Origin: Auanema rhodensis
Lineage: Eukaryota; Animalia; Nematoda
DNA length: 64,000 bases
Assembly: GCA_964057225.1 (NCBI GenBank)
Contig: OZ059899.1
Span: 2,728,001 to 2,792,000, forward strand
Direction of reading: 5' to 3'
Positions within the stretch are counted from its first letter, which is position 1. The number at the start of each line of letters is the position of its first letter. The notes beneath the pieces were generated by a model that was not told where the DNA came from, did not search any database, and saw nothing but the letters and a program-made list of their open reading frames with translations. Shown one piece after another: positions 43,863-59,400 of the stretch. The position numbers and the translations under genes were made by a program.

Positions 43863-46319
43863 TGAATAACATTGTCTATCGTCTTTGCCTTGAAAAATGG
43901 AATCTAAAAACATCTACTTTTTGCTAAATTATTTTGAAATTTTTCGAAAAAATTTTTGTCAAAATGTTTTTGGAAGCAATGTTGAGTGTACATGGAAACT
44001 CAACATACACTAATGCATCATTTTTCAAACGATCATAACTAATTTTTGTATTAAGCGTTTCTCAATGTAGTATAGTGTATTCGATGCGGATTTTTAAGCT
44101 GCGTCGATCTGTGTTATCAGAATTGCGCTAGCTTAAAAATGCACCGAGATATCAACTGATATAAGTTCACACTTATATCCTCGATTTTCACCCTGAAGAA
44201 TTAATTTTTTCGTTGAATAACATTGTCCATCGTCTTTGCCTTGAAAAATGGAATCTAAAAACATCTACTTTTTGCTAAATTATTTTGAAATTTTTCGAAA
44301 AAATTTTTGTCAAAATGTTTTTGGAAGCAATGTTGAGTGTACATGGAAACTCAACATACACTAATGCATCATTTTTCAAACGATCATAACTAATTTTTGT
44401 ATCAAGCGTTTTTCAATGTAGTATAGTGCATTCGATGCGGATTTTTAAGCTGCGTCGATCTGTGTTATCAGATTTGCGCTAGCTTAAAAATGCACCGAGA
44501 TATCAACTGATATAAGTTCACACTTATATCCTCGATTTTCACCCTGAAGAATTAATTTTTTCGTTGAATAACATTGTCCATCGTCTTTGCCTTGAAAAAT
44601 GGAATCTAAAAACATCTACTTTTTGCTAAATTATTTTGAAATTTTTCGAAAAAATTTTTGTCAAAATGTTTTTGGAAGCAATGTTGAGTGTACATGGAAA
44701 CTCAACATACACTAATGCATCATTTTTCAAACGATCATAACTAATTTTTGTATTAAGCGTTTCTCAATGTAGTATAGTGCATTCGATGCGGATTTTTAAG
44801 CTGCGTCGATCTGTGTTATCAGAATTGCGCTAGCTTAAAAATGCACCGAGATATCAACTGATATAAGTTCACACTTATATCCTCGATTTTCACCCTGAAG
44901 AATTAATTTTTTCGTTGAATAACATTGTCCATCGTCTTTGCCTTGAAAAATGGAATCTAAAAACATCTACTTTTTGCTAAATTATTTTGAAATTTTTCGA
45001 AAAAATTTTTGTCAAAATGTTTTTGGAAGCAATGTTGAGTGTACATGGAAACTCAACATACACTAATGCATCATTTTTCAAACGATCATAACTAATTTTT
45101 GTATCAAGCGTTTCTCAATGTAGTATAGTGCATTCTATGCGGATTTTTAAGCTGCGTCGATTTGTGTTATCAGATTTGCGCTAGCTTAAAAATGCACCGA
45201 GATATCAACTGATATAAGTTCACACTTATATCCTCGATTTTCACCCTGAAGAATTAATTTTTTCGTTGAATAACATTGTCTATCGTCTTTGCCTTGAAAA
45301 ATGGAATCTAAAAACATCTACTTTTTGCTAAATTATTTTGAAATTTTTCGAAAAAATTTTTGTCAAAATGTTTTTGGAAGCAATGTTGAGTGTACATGGA
45401 AACTCAACATACACTAATGCATCATTTTTCAAACGATCATAACTAATTTTTGTATTAAGCGTTTCTCAATGTAGTATAGTGCATTCGATGCGGATTTTTA
45501 AGCTGCGTCGATCTGTGTTATCAGAATTGCGCTAGCTTAAAAATGCACCGAGATATCAACTGATATAAGTTCACACTTATATCCTCGATTTTCACCCTGA
45601 AGAATTAATTTTTTCGTTGAATAACATTGTCCATCGTCTTTGCCTTGAAAAATGGAATCTAAAAACATCTACTTTTTGCTAAATTATTTTGAAATTTTTC
45701 GAAAAAATTTTTGTCAAAATGTTTTTGGAAGCAATGTTGAGTGTACATGGAAACTCAACATACACTAATGCATCATTTTTCAAACGATCATAACTAATTT
45801 TTGTATTAAGCGTTTCTCAATGTAGTATAGTGCATTCGATGCGGATTTTTAAGCTGCGTCGATCTGTGTTATCAGAATTGCGCTAGCTTAAAAATGCACC
45901 GAGATATCAACTGATATAAGTTCACACTTATATCCTCGATTTTCACCCTGAAGAATTAATTTTTTCGTTGAATAACATTGTCCATCGTCTTTGCCTTGAA
46001 AAATGGAATCTAAAAACATCTACTTTTTGCTAAATTATTTTGAAATTTTTCGAAAAAATTTTTGTCAAAATGTTTTTGGAAGCAATGTTGAGTGTACATG
46101 GAAACTCAACATACACTAATGCATCATTTTTCAAACGATCCTAACTAATTTTTGTATCAAGCGTTTCTCAATGTAGTATAGTGCATTCTATGCGGATTTT
46201 TAAGCTGCGTCGATTTGTGTTATCAGATTTGCGCTAGCTTAAAAATGCACCGAGATATCAACTGATATAAGTTCACACTTATATCCTCGATTTTCACCCT
46301 GAAGAATTAATTTTTTCGT

Positions 46320-49300
46320 TGAATAACATTGTCTATCGTCTTTGCCTTGAAAAATGGAATCTAAAAACATCTACTTTTTGCTAAATTATTTTGAAATTTT
46401 TCGAAAAAATTTTTGTCAAAATGTTTTTGGAAGCAATGTTGAGTGTACATGGAAACTCAACATACACTAATGCATCATTTTTCAAACGATCATAACTAAT
46501 TTTTGTATTAAGCGTTTCTCAATGTAGTATAGTGCATTCGATGCGGATTTTTAAGCTGCGTCGATCTGTGTTATCAGAATTGCGCTAGCTTAAAAATGCA
46601 CCGAGATATCAACTGATATAAGTTCACACTTATATCCTCGATTTTCACCCTGAAGAATTAATTTTTTCGTTGAATAACATTGTCCATCGTCTTTGCCTTG
46701 AAAAATGGAATCTAAAAACATCTACTTTTTGCTAAATTATTTTGAAATTTTTCGAAAAAATTTTTGTCAAAATGTTTTTGGAAGCAATGTTGAGTGTACA
46801 TGGAAACTCAACATACACTAATGCATCATTTTTCAAACGATCATAACTAATTTTTGTATCAAGCGTTTTTCAATGTAGTATAGTGCATTCGATGCGGATT
46901 TTTAAGCTGCGTCGATCTGTGTTATCAGATTTGCGCTAGCTTAAAAATGCACCGAGATATCAACTGATATAAGTTCACACTTATATCCTCGATTTTCACC
47001 CTGAAGAATTATTTTTTTTGTTGAACAACATTGTCCATCGTCTTTGCCTTGAAAAATGGAATCTAAAAACATCTACTTTTTGCTAAATTATTTTGAAATT
47101 TTTCGAAAAAATTTTTGTCAAAATGTTTTTGGAAGCAATGTTGAGTGTACATGGAAACTCAACATACACTAATGCATCATTTTTCAAACGATCATAACTA
47201 ATTTTTGTATCAAGCGTTTTTCAATGTAGTATAGTGCATTCGATGCGGATTTTTAAGCTGCGTCGATTTGTGTTATCAGATTTGCGCTAGCTTAAAAATG
47301 CACCGAGATATCAACTGATATAAGTTCACACTTATATCCTCGATTTTCACCCTGAAGAATTAATTTTTTCGTTGAATAACATTGTCTATCGTCTTTGCCT
47401 TGAAAAATGGAATCTAAAAACATCTACTTTTTGCTAAATTATTTTGAAATTTTTCGAAAAAATTTTTGTCAAAATGTTTTTGGAAGCAATGTTGAGTGTA
47501 CATGGAAACTCAACATACACTAATGCATCATTTTTCAAACGATCATAACTAATTTTTGTATCAAGCGTTTTTCAATGTAGTATAGTGCATTCTATGCGGA
47601 TTTTTAAGCTGCGTCGATTTGTGTTATCAGATTTGCGCTAGCTTAAAAATGCACCGAGATATCAACTGATATAAGTTCACACTTATATCCTCGATTTTCA
47701 CCCTGAAGAATTAATTTTTTCGTTGAATAACATTGTCCATCGTCTTTGCCTTGAAAAATGGAATCTAAAAACATCTACTTTTTGCTAAATTATTTTGAAA
47801 TTTTTCGAAAAAATTTTTGTCAAAATGTTTTTGGAAGCAATGTTGAGTGTACATGGAAACTCAACATACACTAATGCATCATTTTTCAAACGATCATAAC
47901 TAATTTTTGTATTAAGCGTTTCTCAATGTAGTATAGTGCATTCGATGCGGATTTTTAAGCTGCGTCGATCTGTGTTATCAGAATTGCGCTAGCTTAAAAA
48001 TGCACCGAGATATCAACTGATATAAGTTCACACTTATATCCTCGATTTTCACCCTGAAGAATTAATTTTTTCGTTGAATAACATTGTCCATCGTCTTTGC
48101 CTTGAAAAATGGAATCTAAAAACATCTACTTTTTGCTAAATTATTTTGAAATTTTTCGAAAAAATTTTTGTCAAAATGTTTTTGGAAGCAATGTTGAGTG
48201 TACATGGAAACTCAACATACACTAATGCATCATTTTTCAAACGATCATAACTAATTTTTGTATCAAGCGTTTCTCAATGTAGTATAGTGCATTCTATGCG
48301 GATTTTTAAGCTGCGTCGATTTGTGTTATCAGATTTGCGCTAGCTTAAAAATGCACCGAGATATCAACTGATATAAGTTCACACTTATATCCTCGATTTT
48401 CACCCTGAAGAATTAATTTTTTCGTTGAATAACATTGTCTATCGTCTTTGCCTTGAAAAATGGAATCTAAAAACATCTACTTTTTGCTAAATTATATTGA
48501 AATTTTTCGAAAAAATTTTTGTCAAAATGTTTTTGGAAGCAATGTTGAGTGTACATGGAAACTCAACATACACTAATGCATCATTTTTCAAACGATCATA
48601 ACTAATTTTTGTATTAAGCGTTTCTCAATGTAGTATAGTGCATTTGATGCGGATTTTTAAGCTGCGTCGATCTGTGTTATCAGAATTGCGCTAGCTTAAA
48701 AATGCACCGAGATATCAACTGATATAAGTTCACACTTATATCCTCGATTTTCACCCTGAAGAATTAATTTTTTCGTTGAATAACATTGTCCATCGTCTTT
48801 GCCTTGAAAAATGGAATCTAAAAACATCTACTTTTTGCTAAATTATTTTGAAATTTTTCGAAAAAATTTTTGTCAAAATGTTTTTGGAAGCAATGTTGAG
48901 TGTACATGGAAACTCAACATACACTAATGCATCATTTTTCAAACGATCATAACTAATTTTTGTATCAAGCGTTTTTCAATGTAGTATAGTGCATTCGATG
49001 CGGATTTTTAAGCTGCGTCGATCTGTGTTATCAGATTTGCGCTAGCTTAAAAATGCACCGAGATATCAACTGATATAAGTTCACACTTATATCCTCGATT
49101 TTCACCCTGAAGAATTATTTTTTTTGTTGAACAACATTGTCCATCGTCTTTGCCTTGAAAAATGGAATCTAAAAACATCTACTTTTTGCTAAATTATTTT
49201 GAAATTTTTCGAAAAAATTTTTGTCAAAATGTTTTTGGAAGCAATGTTGAGTGTACATGGAAACTCAACATACACTAATGCATCATTTTTCAAACGATCA

Positions 49301-52300
49301 TAACTAATTTTTGTATCAAGCGTTTTTCATTGTAGTATAGTGCATTCGATGCGGATTTTTAAGCTGCGTCGATTTGTGTTATCAGATTTGCGCTAGCTTA
49401 AAAATGCACCGAGATATCAACTGATATAAGTTCACACTTATATCCTCGATTTTCACCCTGAAGAATTAATTTTTTCGTTGAATAACATTGTCTATCGTCT
49501 TTGCCTTGAAAAATGGAATCTAAAAACATCTACTTTTTGCTAAATTATTTTGAAATTTTTCGAAAAAATTTTTGTCAAAATGTTTTTGGAAGCAATGTTG
49601 AGTGTACATGGAAACTCAACATACACTAATGCATCATTTTTCAAACGATCATAACTAATTTTTGTATCAAGCGTTTTTCAATGTAGTATAGTGCATTCTA
49701 TGCGGATTTTTAAGCTGCGTCGATTTGTGTTATCAGATTTGCGCTAGCTTAAAAATGCACCGAGATATCAACTGATATAAGTTCACACTTATATCCTCGA
49801 TTTTCACCCTGAAGAATTAATTTTTTCGTTGAATAACATTGTCCATCGTCTTTGCCTTGAAAAATGGAATCTAAAAACATCTACTTTTTGCTAAATTATT
49901 TTGAAATTTTTCGAAAAAATTTTTGTCAAAATGTTTTTGGAAGCAATGTTGAGTGTACATGGAAACTCAACATACACTAATGCATCATTTTTCAAACGAT
50001 CATAACTAATTTTTGTATTAAGCGTTTCTCAATGTAGTATAGTGCATTCGATGCGGATTTTTAAGCTGCGTCGATCTGTGTTATCAGAATTGCGCTAGCT
50101 TAAAAATGCACCGAGATATCAACTGATATAAGTTCACACTTATATCCTCGATTTTCACCCTGAAGAATTAATTTTTTCGTTGAATAACATTGTCCATCGT
50201 CTTTGCCTTGAAAAATGGAATCTAAAAACATCTACTTTTTGCTAAATTATTTTGAAATTTTTCGAAAAAATTTTTGTCAAAATGTTTTTGGAAGCAATGT
50301 TGAGTGTACATGGAAACTCAACATACACTAATGCATCATTTTTCAAACGATCATAACTAATTTTTGTATCAAGCGTTTCTCAATGTAGTATAGTGCATTC
50401 TATGCGGATTTTTAAGCTGCGTCGATTTGTGTTATCAGATTTGCGCTAGCTTAAAAATGCACCGAGATATCAACTGATATAAGTTCACACTTATATCCTC
50501 GATTTTCACCCTGAAGAATTAATTTTTTCGTTGAATAACATTGTCTATCGTCTTTGCCTTGAAAAATGGAATCTAAAAACATCTACTTTTTGCTAAATTA
50601 TATTGAAATTTTTCGAAAAAATTTTTGTCAAAATGTTTTTGGAAGCAATGTTGAGTGTACATGGAAACTCAACATACACTAATGCATCATTTTTCAAACG
50701 ATCATAACTAATTTTTGTATTAAGCGTTTCTCAATGTAGTATAGTGCATTCGATGCGGATTTTTAAGCTGCGTCGATCTGTGTTATCAGAATTGCGCTAG
50801 CTTAAAAATGCACCGAGATATCAACTGATATAAGTTCACACTTATATCCTCGATTTTCACCCTGAAGAATTAATTTTTTCGTTGAATAACATTGTCCATC
50901 GTCTTTGCCTTGAAAAATGGAATCTAAAAACATCTACTTTTTGCTAAATTATTTTGAAATTTTTCGAAAAAATTTTTGTCAAAATGTTTTTGGAAGCAAT
51001 GTTGAGTGTACATGGAAACTCAACATACACTAATGCATCATTTTTCAAACGATCATAACTAATTTTTGTATCAAGCGTTTTTCAATGTAGTATAGTGCAT
51101 TCGATGCGGATTTTTAAGCTGCGTCGATCTGTGTTATCAGATTTGCGCTAGCTTAAAAATGCACCGAGATATCAACTGATATAAGTTCACACTTATATCC
51201 TCGATTTTCACCCTGAAGAATTATTTTTTTTGTTGAACAACATTGTCCATCGTCTTTGCCTTGAAAAATGGAATCTAAAAACATCTACTTTTTGCTAAAT
51301 TATTTTGAAATTTTTCGAAAAAATTTTTGTCAAAATGTTTTTGGAAGCAATGTTGAGTGTACATGGAAACTCAACATACACTAATGCATCATTTTTCAAA
51401 CGATCATAACTAATTTTTGTATCAAGCGTTTTTCAATGTAGTATAGTGCATTCGATGCGGATTTTTAAGCTGCGTCGATTTGTGTTATCAGATTTGCGCT
51501 AGCTTAAAAATGCACCGAGATATCAACTGATATAAGTTCACACTTATATCCTCGATTTTCACCCTGAAGAATTAATTTTTTCGTTGAATAACATTGTCTA
51601 TCGTCTTTGCCTTGAAAAATGGAATCTAAAAACATCTACTTTTTGCTAAATTATTTTGAAATTTTTCGAAAAAATTTTTGTCAAAATGTTTTTGGAAGCA
51701 ATGTTGAGTGTACATGGAAACTCAACATACACTAATGCATCATTTTTCAAACGATCATAACTAATTTTTGTATTAAGCGTTTCTCAATGTAGTATAGTGC
51801 ATTCGATGCGGATTTTTAAGCTGCGTCGATCTGTGTTATCAGAATTGCGCTAGCTTAAAAATGCACCGAGATATCAACTGATATAAGTTCACACTTATAT
51901 CCTCGATTTTCACCCTGAAGAATTAATTTTTTCGTTGAATAACATTGTCCATCGTCTTTGCCTTGAAAAATGGAATCTAAAAACATCTACTTTTTGCTAA
52001 ATTATTTTGAAATTTTTCGAAAAAATTTTTGTCAAAATGTTTTTGGAAGCAATGTTGAGTGTACATGGAAACTCAACATACACTAATGCATCATTTTTCA
52101 AACGATCATAACTAATTTTTGTATCAAGCGTTTTTCAATGTAGTATAGTGCATTCGATGCGGATTTTTAAGCTGCGTCGATCTGTGTTATCAGATTTGCG
52201 CTAGCTTAAAAATGCACCGAGATATCAACTGATATAAGTTCACACTTATATCCTCGATTTTCACCCTGAAGAATTATTTTTTTTGTTGAACAACATTGTC

Positions 52301-55300
52301 CATCGTCTTTGCCTTGAAAAATGGAATCTAAAAACATCTACTTTTTGCTAAATTATTTTGAAATTTTTCGAAAAAATTTTTGTCAAAATGTTTTTGGAAG
52401 CAATGTTGAGTGTACATGGAAACTCAACATACACTAATGCATCATTTTTCAAACGATCATAACTAATTTTTGTATCAAGCGTTTTTCATTGTAGTATAGT
52501 GCATTCGATGCGGATTTTTAAGCTGCGTCGATCTGTGTTATCAGATTTGCGCTAGCTTAAAAATGCACCGAGATATCAACTGATATAAGTTCACACTTAT
52601 ATCCTCGATTTTCACCCTGAAGAATTATTTTTTTTGTTGAACAACATTGTCCATCGTCTTTGCCTTGAAAAATGGAATCTAAAAACATCTACTTTTTGCT
52701 AAATTATTTTGAAATTTTTCGAAAAAATTTTTGTCAAAATGTTTTTGGAAGCAATGTTGAGTGTACATGGAAACTCAACATACACTAATGCATCATTTTT
52801 CAAACGATCATAACTAATTTTTGTATCAAGCGTTTTTCATTGTAGTATAGTGCATTCGATGCGGATTTTTAAGCTGCGTCGATTTGTGTTATCAGATTTG
52901 CGCTAGCTTAAAAATGCACCGAGATATCAACTGATATAAGTTCACACTTATATCCTCGATTTTCACCCTGAAGAATTAATTTTTTCGTTGAATAACATTG
53001 TCTATCGTCTTTGCCTTGAAAAATGGAATCTAAAAACATCTACTTTTTGCTAAATTATTTTGAAATTTTTCGAAAAAATTTTTGTCAAAATGTTTTTGGA
53101 AGCAATGTTGAGTGTACATGGAAACTCAACATACACTAATGCATCATTTTTCAAACGATCATAACTAATTTTTGTATCAAGCGTTTTTCAATGTAGTATA
53201 GTGCATTCTATGCGGATTTTTAAGCTGCGTCGATTTGTGTTATCAGATTTGCGCTAGCTTAAAAATGCACCGAGATATCAACTGATATAAGTTCACACTT
53301 ATATCCTCGATTTTCACCCTGAAGAATTAATTTTTTCGTTGAATAACATTGTCCATCGTCTTTGCCTTGAAAAATGGAATCTAAAAACATCTACTTTTTG
53401 CTAAATTATTTTGAAATTTTTCGAAAAAATTTTTGTCAAAATGTTTTTGGAAGCAATGTTGAGTGTACATGGAAACTCAACATACACTAATGCATCATTT
53501 TTCAAACGATCATAACTAATTTTTGTATTAAGCGTTTCTCAATGTAGTATAGTGCATTCGATGCGGATTTTTAAGCTGCGTCGATCTGTGTTATCAGAAT
53601 TGCGCTAGCTTAAAAATGCACCGAGATATCAACTGATATAAGTTCACACTTATATCCTCGATTTTCACCCTGAAGAATTAATTTTTTCGTTGAATAACAT
53701 TGTCCATCGTCTTTGCCTTGAAAAATGGAATCTAAAAACATCTACTTTTTGCTAAATTATTTTGAAATTTTTCGAAAAAATTTTTGTCAAAATGTTTTTG
53801 GAAGCAATGTTGAGTGTACATGGAAACTCAACATACACTAATGCATCATTTTTCAAACGATCATAACTAATTTTTGTATCAAGCGTTTCTCAATGTAGTA
53901 TAGTGCATTCTATGCGGATTTTTAAGCTGCGTCGATTTGTGTTATCAGATTTGCGCTAGCTTAAAAATGCACCGAGATATCAACTGATATAAGTTCACAC
54001 TTATATCCTCGATTTTCACCCTGAAGAATTAATTTTTTCGTTGAATAACATTGTCTATCGTCTTTGCCTTGAAAAATGGAATCTAAAAACATCTACTTTT
54101 TGCTAAATTATTTTGAAATTTTTCGAAAAAATTTTTGTCAAAATGTTTTTGGAAGCAATGTTGAGTGTACATGGAAACTCAACATACACTAATGCATCAT
54201 TTTTCAAACGATCATAACTAATTTTTGTATTAAGCGTTTCTCAATGTAGTATAGTGCATTCGATGCGGATTTTTAAGCTGCGTCGATCTGTGTTATCAGA
54301 ATTGCGCTAGCTTAAAAATGCACCGAGATATCAACTGATATAAGTTCACACTTATATCCTCGATTTTCACCCTGAAGAATTACTTTTTTCGTTGAATAAC
54401 ATTGTCCATCGTCTTTGCCTTGAAAAATGGAATCTAAAAACATCTACTTTTTGCTAAATTATTTTGAAATTTTTCGAAAAAATTTTTGTCAAAATGTTTT
54501 TGGAAGCAATGTTGAGTGTACATGGAAACTCAACATACACTAATGCATCATTTTTCAAACGATCATAACTAATTTTTGTATCAAGCGTTTTTCAATGTAG
54601 TATAGTGCATTCGATGCGGATTTTTAAGCTGCGTCGATCTGTGTTATCAGATTTGCGCTAGCTTAAAAATGCACCGAGATATCAACTGATATAAGTTCAC
54701 ACTTATATCCTCGATTTTCACCCTGAAGAATTATTTTTTTTGTTGAACAACATTGTCCATCGTCTTTGCCTTGAAAAATGGAATCTAAAAACATCTACTT
54801 TTTGCTAAATTATTTTGAAATTTTTCGAAAAAATTTTTGTCAAAATGTTTTTGGAAGCAATGTTGAGTGTACATGGAAACTCAACATACACTAATGCATC
54901 ATTTTTCAAACGATCATAACTAATTTTTGTATCAAGCGTTTTTCAATGTAGTATAGTGCATTCGATGCGGATTTTTAAGCTGCGTCGATTTGTGTTATCA
55001 GATTTGCGCTAGCTTAAAAATGCACCGAGATATCAACTGATATAAGTTCACACTTATATCCTCGATTTTCACCCTGAAGAATTAATTTTTTCGTTGAATA
55101 ACATTGTCTATCGTCTTTGCCTTGAAAAATGGAATCTAAAAACATCTACTTTTTGCTAAATTATTTTGAAATTTTTCGAAAAAATTTTTGTCAAAATGTT
55201 TTTGGAAGCAATGTTGAGTGTACATGGAAACTCAACATACACTAATGCATCATTTTTCAAACGATCATAACTAATTTTTGTATCAAGCGTTTTTCAATGT

Positions 55301-55445
55301 AGTATAGTGCATTCTATGCGGATTTTTAAGCTGCGTCGATTTGTGTTATCAGATTTGCGCTAGCTTAAAAATGCACCGAGATATCAACTGATATAAGTTC
55401 ACACTTATATCCTCGATTTTCACCCTGAAGAATTAATTTTTTCGT
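46320..55445. repeat. 6-monomer higher-order repeat domain (2106 bp) with internal truncations; boundaries approximate
   Basis: TTTTGTTGAACAAC marks monomers at 47022, 49128, 51234, 52287, 52638 and 54744. ATTATATTGA is near 48496 and 50602 (+2106). Confidence 0.8.
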
Positions 55446-56498
55446 TGAATAACATTGTCTATCGTCTTTGCCTTGAAAAATGGAATCTAAAAACATCTAC
55501 TTTTTGCTAAATTATTTTGAAATTTTTCGAAAAAATTTTTGTCAAAATGTTTTTGGAAGCAATGTTGAGTGTACATGGAAACTCAACATACACTAATGCA
55601 TCATTTTTCAAACGATCATAACTAATTTTTGTATTAAGCGTTTCTCAATGTAGTATAGTGCATTCGATGCGGATTTTTAAGCTGCGTCGATCTGTGTTAT
55701 CAGAATTGCGCTAGCTTAAAAATGCACCGAGATATCAACTGATATAAGTTCACACTTATATCCTCGATTTTCACCCTGAAGAATTAATTTTTTCGTTGAA
55801 TAACATTGTCCATCGTCTTTGCCTTGAAAAATGGAATCTAAAAACATCTACTTTTTGCTAAATTATTTTGAAATTTTTCGAAAAAATTTTTGTCAAAATG
55901 TTTTTGGAAGCAATGTTGAGTGTACATGGAAACTCAACATACACTAATGCATCATTTTTCAAACGATCATAACTAATTTTTGTATCAAGCGTTTCTCAAT
56001 GTAGTATAGTGCATTCTATGCGGATTTTTAAGCTGCGTCGATTTGTGTTATCAGATTTGCGCTAGCTTAAAAATGCACCGAGATATCAACTGATATAAGT
56101 TCACACTTATATCCTCGATTTTCACCCTGAAGAATTAATTTTTTCGTTGAATAACATTGTCCATCGTCTTTGCCTTGAAAAATGGAATCTAAAAACATCT
56201 ACTTTTTGCTAAATTATTTTGAAATTTTTCGAAAAAATTTTTGTCAAAATGTTTTTGGAAGCAATGTTGAGTGTACATGGAAACTCAACATACACTAATG
56301 CATCATTTTTCAAACGATCATAACTAATTTTTGTATCAAGCGTTTTTCAATGTAGTATAGTGCATTCGATGCGGATTTTTAAGCTGCGTCGATCTGTGTT
56401 ATCAGATTTGCGCTAGCTTAAAAATGCACCGAGATATCAACTGATATAAGTTCACACTTATATCCTCGATTTTCACCCTGAAGAATTAATTTTTTCGT

Positions 56499-59400
56499 TG
56501 AATAACATTGTCCATCGTCTTTGCCTTGAAAAAAGGAATCTAAAAACATCTACTTTTTGCTAAATTATTTTGAAATTTTTCGAAAAAATTTTTGTCAAAA
56601 TGTTTTTGGAAGCAATGTTGAGTTGAGTGTACATGGAAACTCAACATACACTAATGCATCATTTTTCAAACGATCATAACTAATTTTTGTATCAAGCGTT
56701 TCTCAATGTAGTATAGTGCATTCGATGCGGATTTTTAAGCTGCGTCGATCTGTGTTATCAGATTTGCGCTAGCTTAAAAATGCACCGAGATATCAACTGA
56801 TATAAGTTCACACTTATATCCTCGATTTTCACCCTGAAGAATTATTTTTTTCGTTGAACAACATTGTCCATCGTCTTTGCCTTGAAAAATGGAATCTAAA
56901 ACCATCTACTTTTTGCTAAATTATTTTGAAATTTTTCGAAAAAATTTTTGTCAAAATGTTTTTGGAAGCAATGTTGAGTGTACATGGAAACTCAACATAC
57001 ACTAATGCATCATTTTTCAAACGATCATAACTAATTTTTGTATCAAGCGTTTCTCAATGTAGTATAGTGCATTCGATGCGGATTTTTAAGCTGCGTCGAT
57101 CTGTGTTATCAGATTTGCGCTAGCTTAAAAATGCACCGAGATATCAACTGATATAAGTTCACACTTATATCCTCGATTTTCACCCTGAAGAATTAATTTT
57201 TTCGTTGAATAACATTGTCCATCGTCTTTGCCTTGAAAAAAGGAATCTAAAAACATCTACTTTTTGCTAAATTATTTTGAAATTTTTCGAAAAAATTTTT
57301 GTCAAAATGTTTTTGGAAGCAATGTTGAGTTGAGTGTACATGGAAACTCAACATACACTAATGCATCATTTTTCAAACGATCATAACTAATTTTTGTATC
57401 AAGCGTTTCTCAATGTAGTATAGTGCATTCGATGCGGATTTTTAAGCTGCGTCGATCTGTGTTATCAGATTTGCGCTAGCTTAAAAATGCACCGAGATAT
57501 CAACTGATATAAGTTCACACTTATATCCTCGATTTTCACCCTGAAGAATTATTTTTTTCGTTGAACAACATTGTCCATCGTCTTTGCCTTGAAAAATGGA
57601 ATCTAAAAACATCTACTTTTTGCTAAATTATTTTGAAATTTTTCGAAAAAATTTTTGTCAAAATGTTTTTGGAAGCAATGTTGAGTGTACATGGAAACTC
57701 AACATACACTAATGCATCATTTTTCAAACGATCATAACTAATTTTTGTATCAAGCGTTTTTCAATGTAGTATAGTGCATTCGATGCGGATTTTTAAGCTG
57801 CGTCGATCTGTGTTATCAGATTTGCGCTAGCTTAAAAATGCACCGAGATATCAACTGATATAAGTTCACACTTATATCCTCGATTTTCACCCTGAAGAAT
57901 TAATTTTTTCGTTGAATAACATTGTCCATCGTCTTTGCCTTGAAAAAAGGAATCTAAAAACATCTACTTTTTGCTAAATTATTTTGAAATTTTTCGAAAA
58001 AATTTTTGTCAAAATGTTTTTGGAAGCAATGTTGAGTGTACATGGAAACTCAACATACACTAATGCATCATTTTTCAAACGATCATAACTAATTTTTGTA
58101 TCAAGCGTTTTTCAATGTAGTATAGTGCATTCGATGCGGATTTTTAAGCTGCGTCGATCTGTGTTATCAGATTTGCGCTAGCTTAAAAATGCACCGAGAT
58201 ATCAACTGATATAAGTTCACACTTATATCCTCGATTTTCACCCTGAAGAATTAATTTTTTCGTTGAATAACATTGTCCATCGTCTTTGCCTTGAAAAAAG
58301 GAATCTAAAAACATCTACTTTTTGCTAAATTATTTTGAAATTTTTCGAAAAAATTTTTGTCAAAATGTTTTTGGAAGCAATGTTGAGTTGAGTGTACATG
58401 GAAACTCAACATACACTAATGCATCATTTTTCAAACGATCATAACTAATTTTTGTATCAAGCGTTTCTCAATGTAGTATAGTGCATTCGATGCGGATTTT
58501 TAAGCTGCGTCGATCTGTGTTATCAGATTTGCGCTAGCTTAAAAATGCACCGAGATATCAACTGATATAAGTTCACACTTATATCCTCGATTTTCACCCT
58601 GAAGAATTATTTTTTTCGTTGAACAACATTGTCCATCGTCTTTGCCTTGAAAAATGGAATCTAAAACCATCTACTTTTTGCTAAATTATTTTGAAATTTT
58701 TCGAAAAAATTTTTGTCAAAATGTTTTTGGAAGCAATGTTGAGTGTACATGGAAACTCAACATACACTAATGCATCATTTTTCAAACGATCATAACTAAT
58801 TTTTGTATCAAGCGTTTCTCAATGTAGTATAGTGCATTCGATGCGGATTTTTAAGCTGCGTCGATCTGTGTTATCAGATTTGCGCTAGCTTAAAAATGCA
58901 CCGAGATATCAACTGATATAAGTTCACACTTATATCCTCGATTTTCACCCTGAAGAATTAATTTTTTCGTTGAATAACATTGTCCATCGTCTTTGCCTTG
59001 AAAAAAGGAATCTAAAAACATCTACTTTTTGCTAAATTATTTTGAAATTTTTCGAAAAAATTTTTGTCAAAATGTTTTTGGAAGCAATGTTGAGTTGAGT
59101 GTACATGGAAACTCAACATACACTAATGCATCATTTTTCAAACGATCATAACTAATTTTTGTATCAAGCGTTTCTCAATGTAGTATAGTGCATTCGATGC
59201 GGATTTTTAAGCTGCGTCGATCTGTGTTATCAGATTTGCGCTAGCTTAAAAATGCACCGAGATATCAACTGATATAAGTTCACACTTATATCCTCGATTT
59301 TCACCCTGAAGAATTATTTTTTTCGTTGAACAACATTGTCCATCGTCTTTGCCTTGAAAAATGGAATCTAAAAACATCTACTTTTTGCTAAATTATTTTG

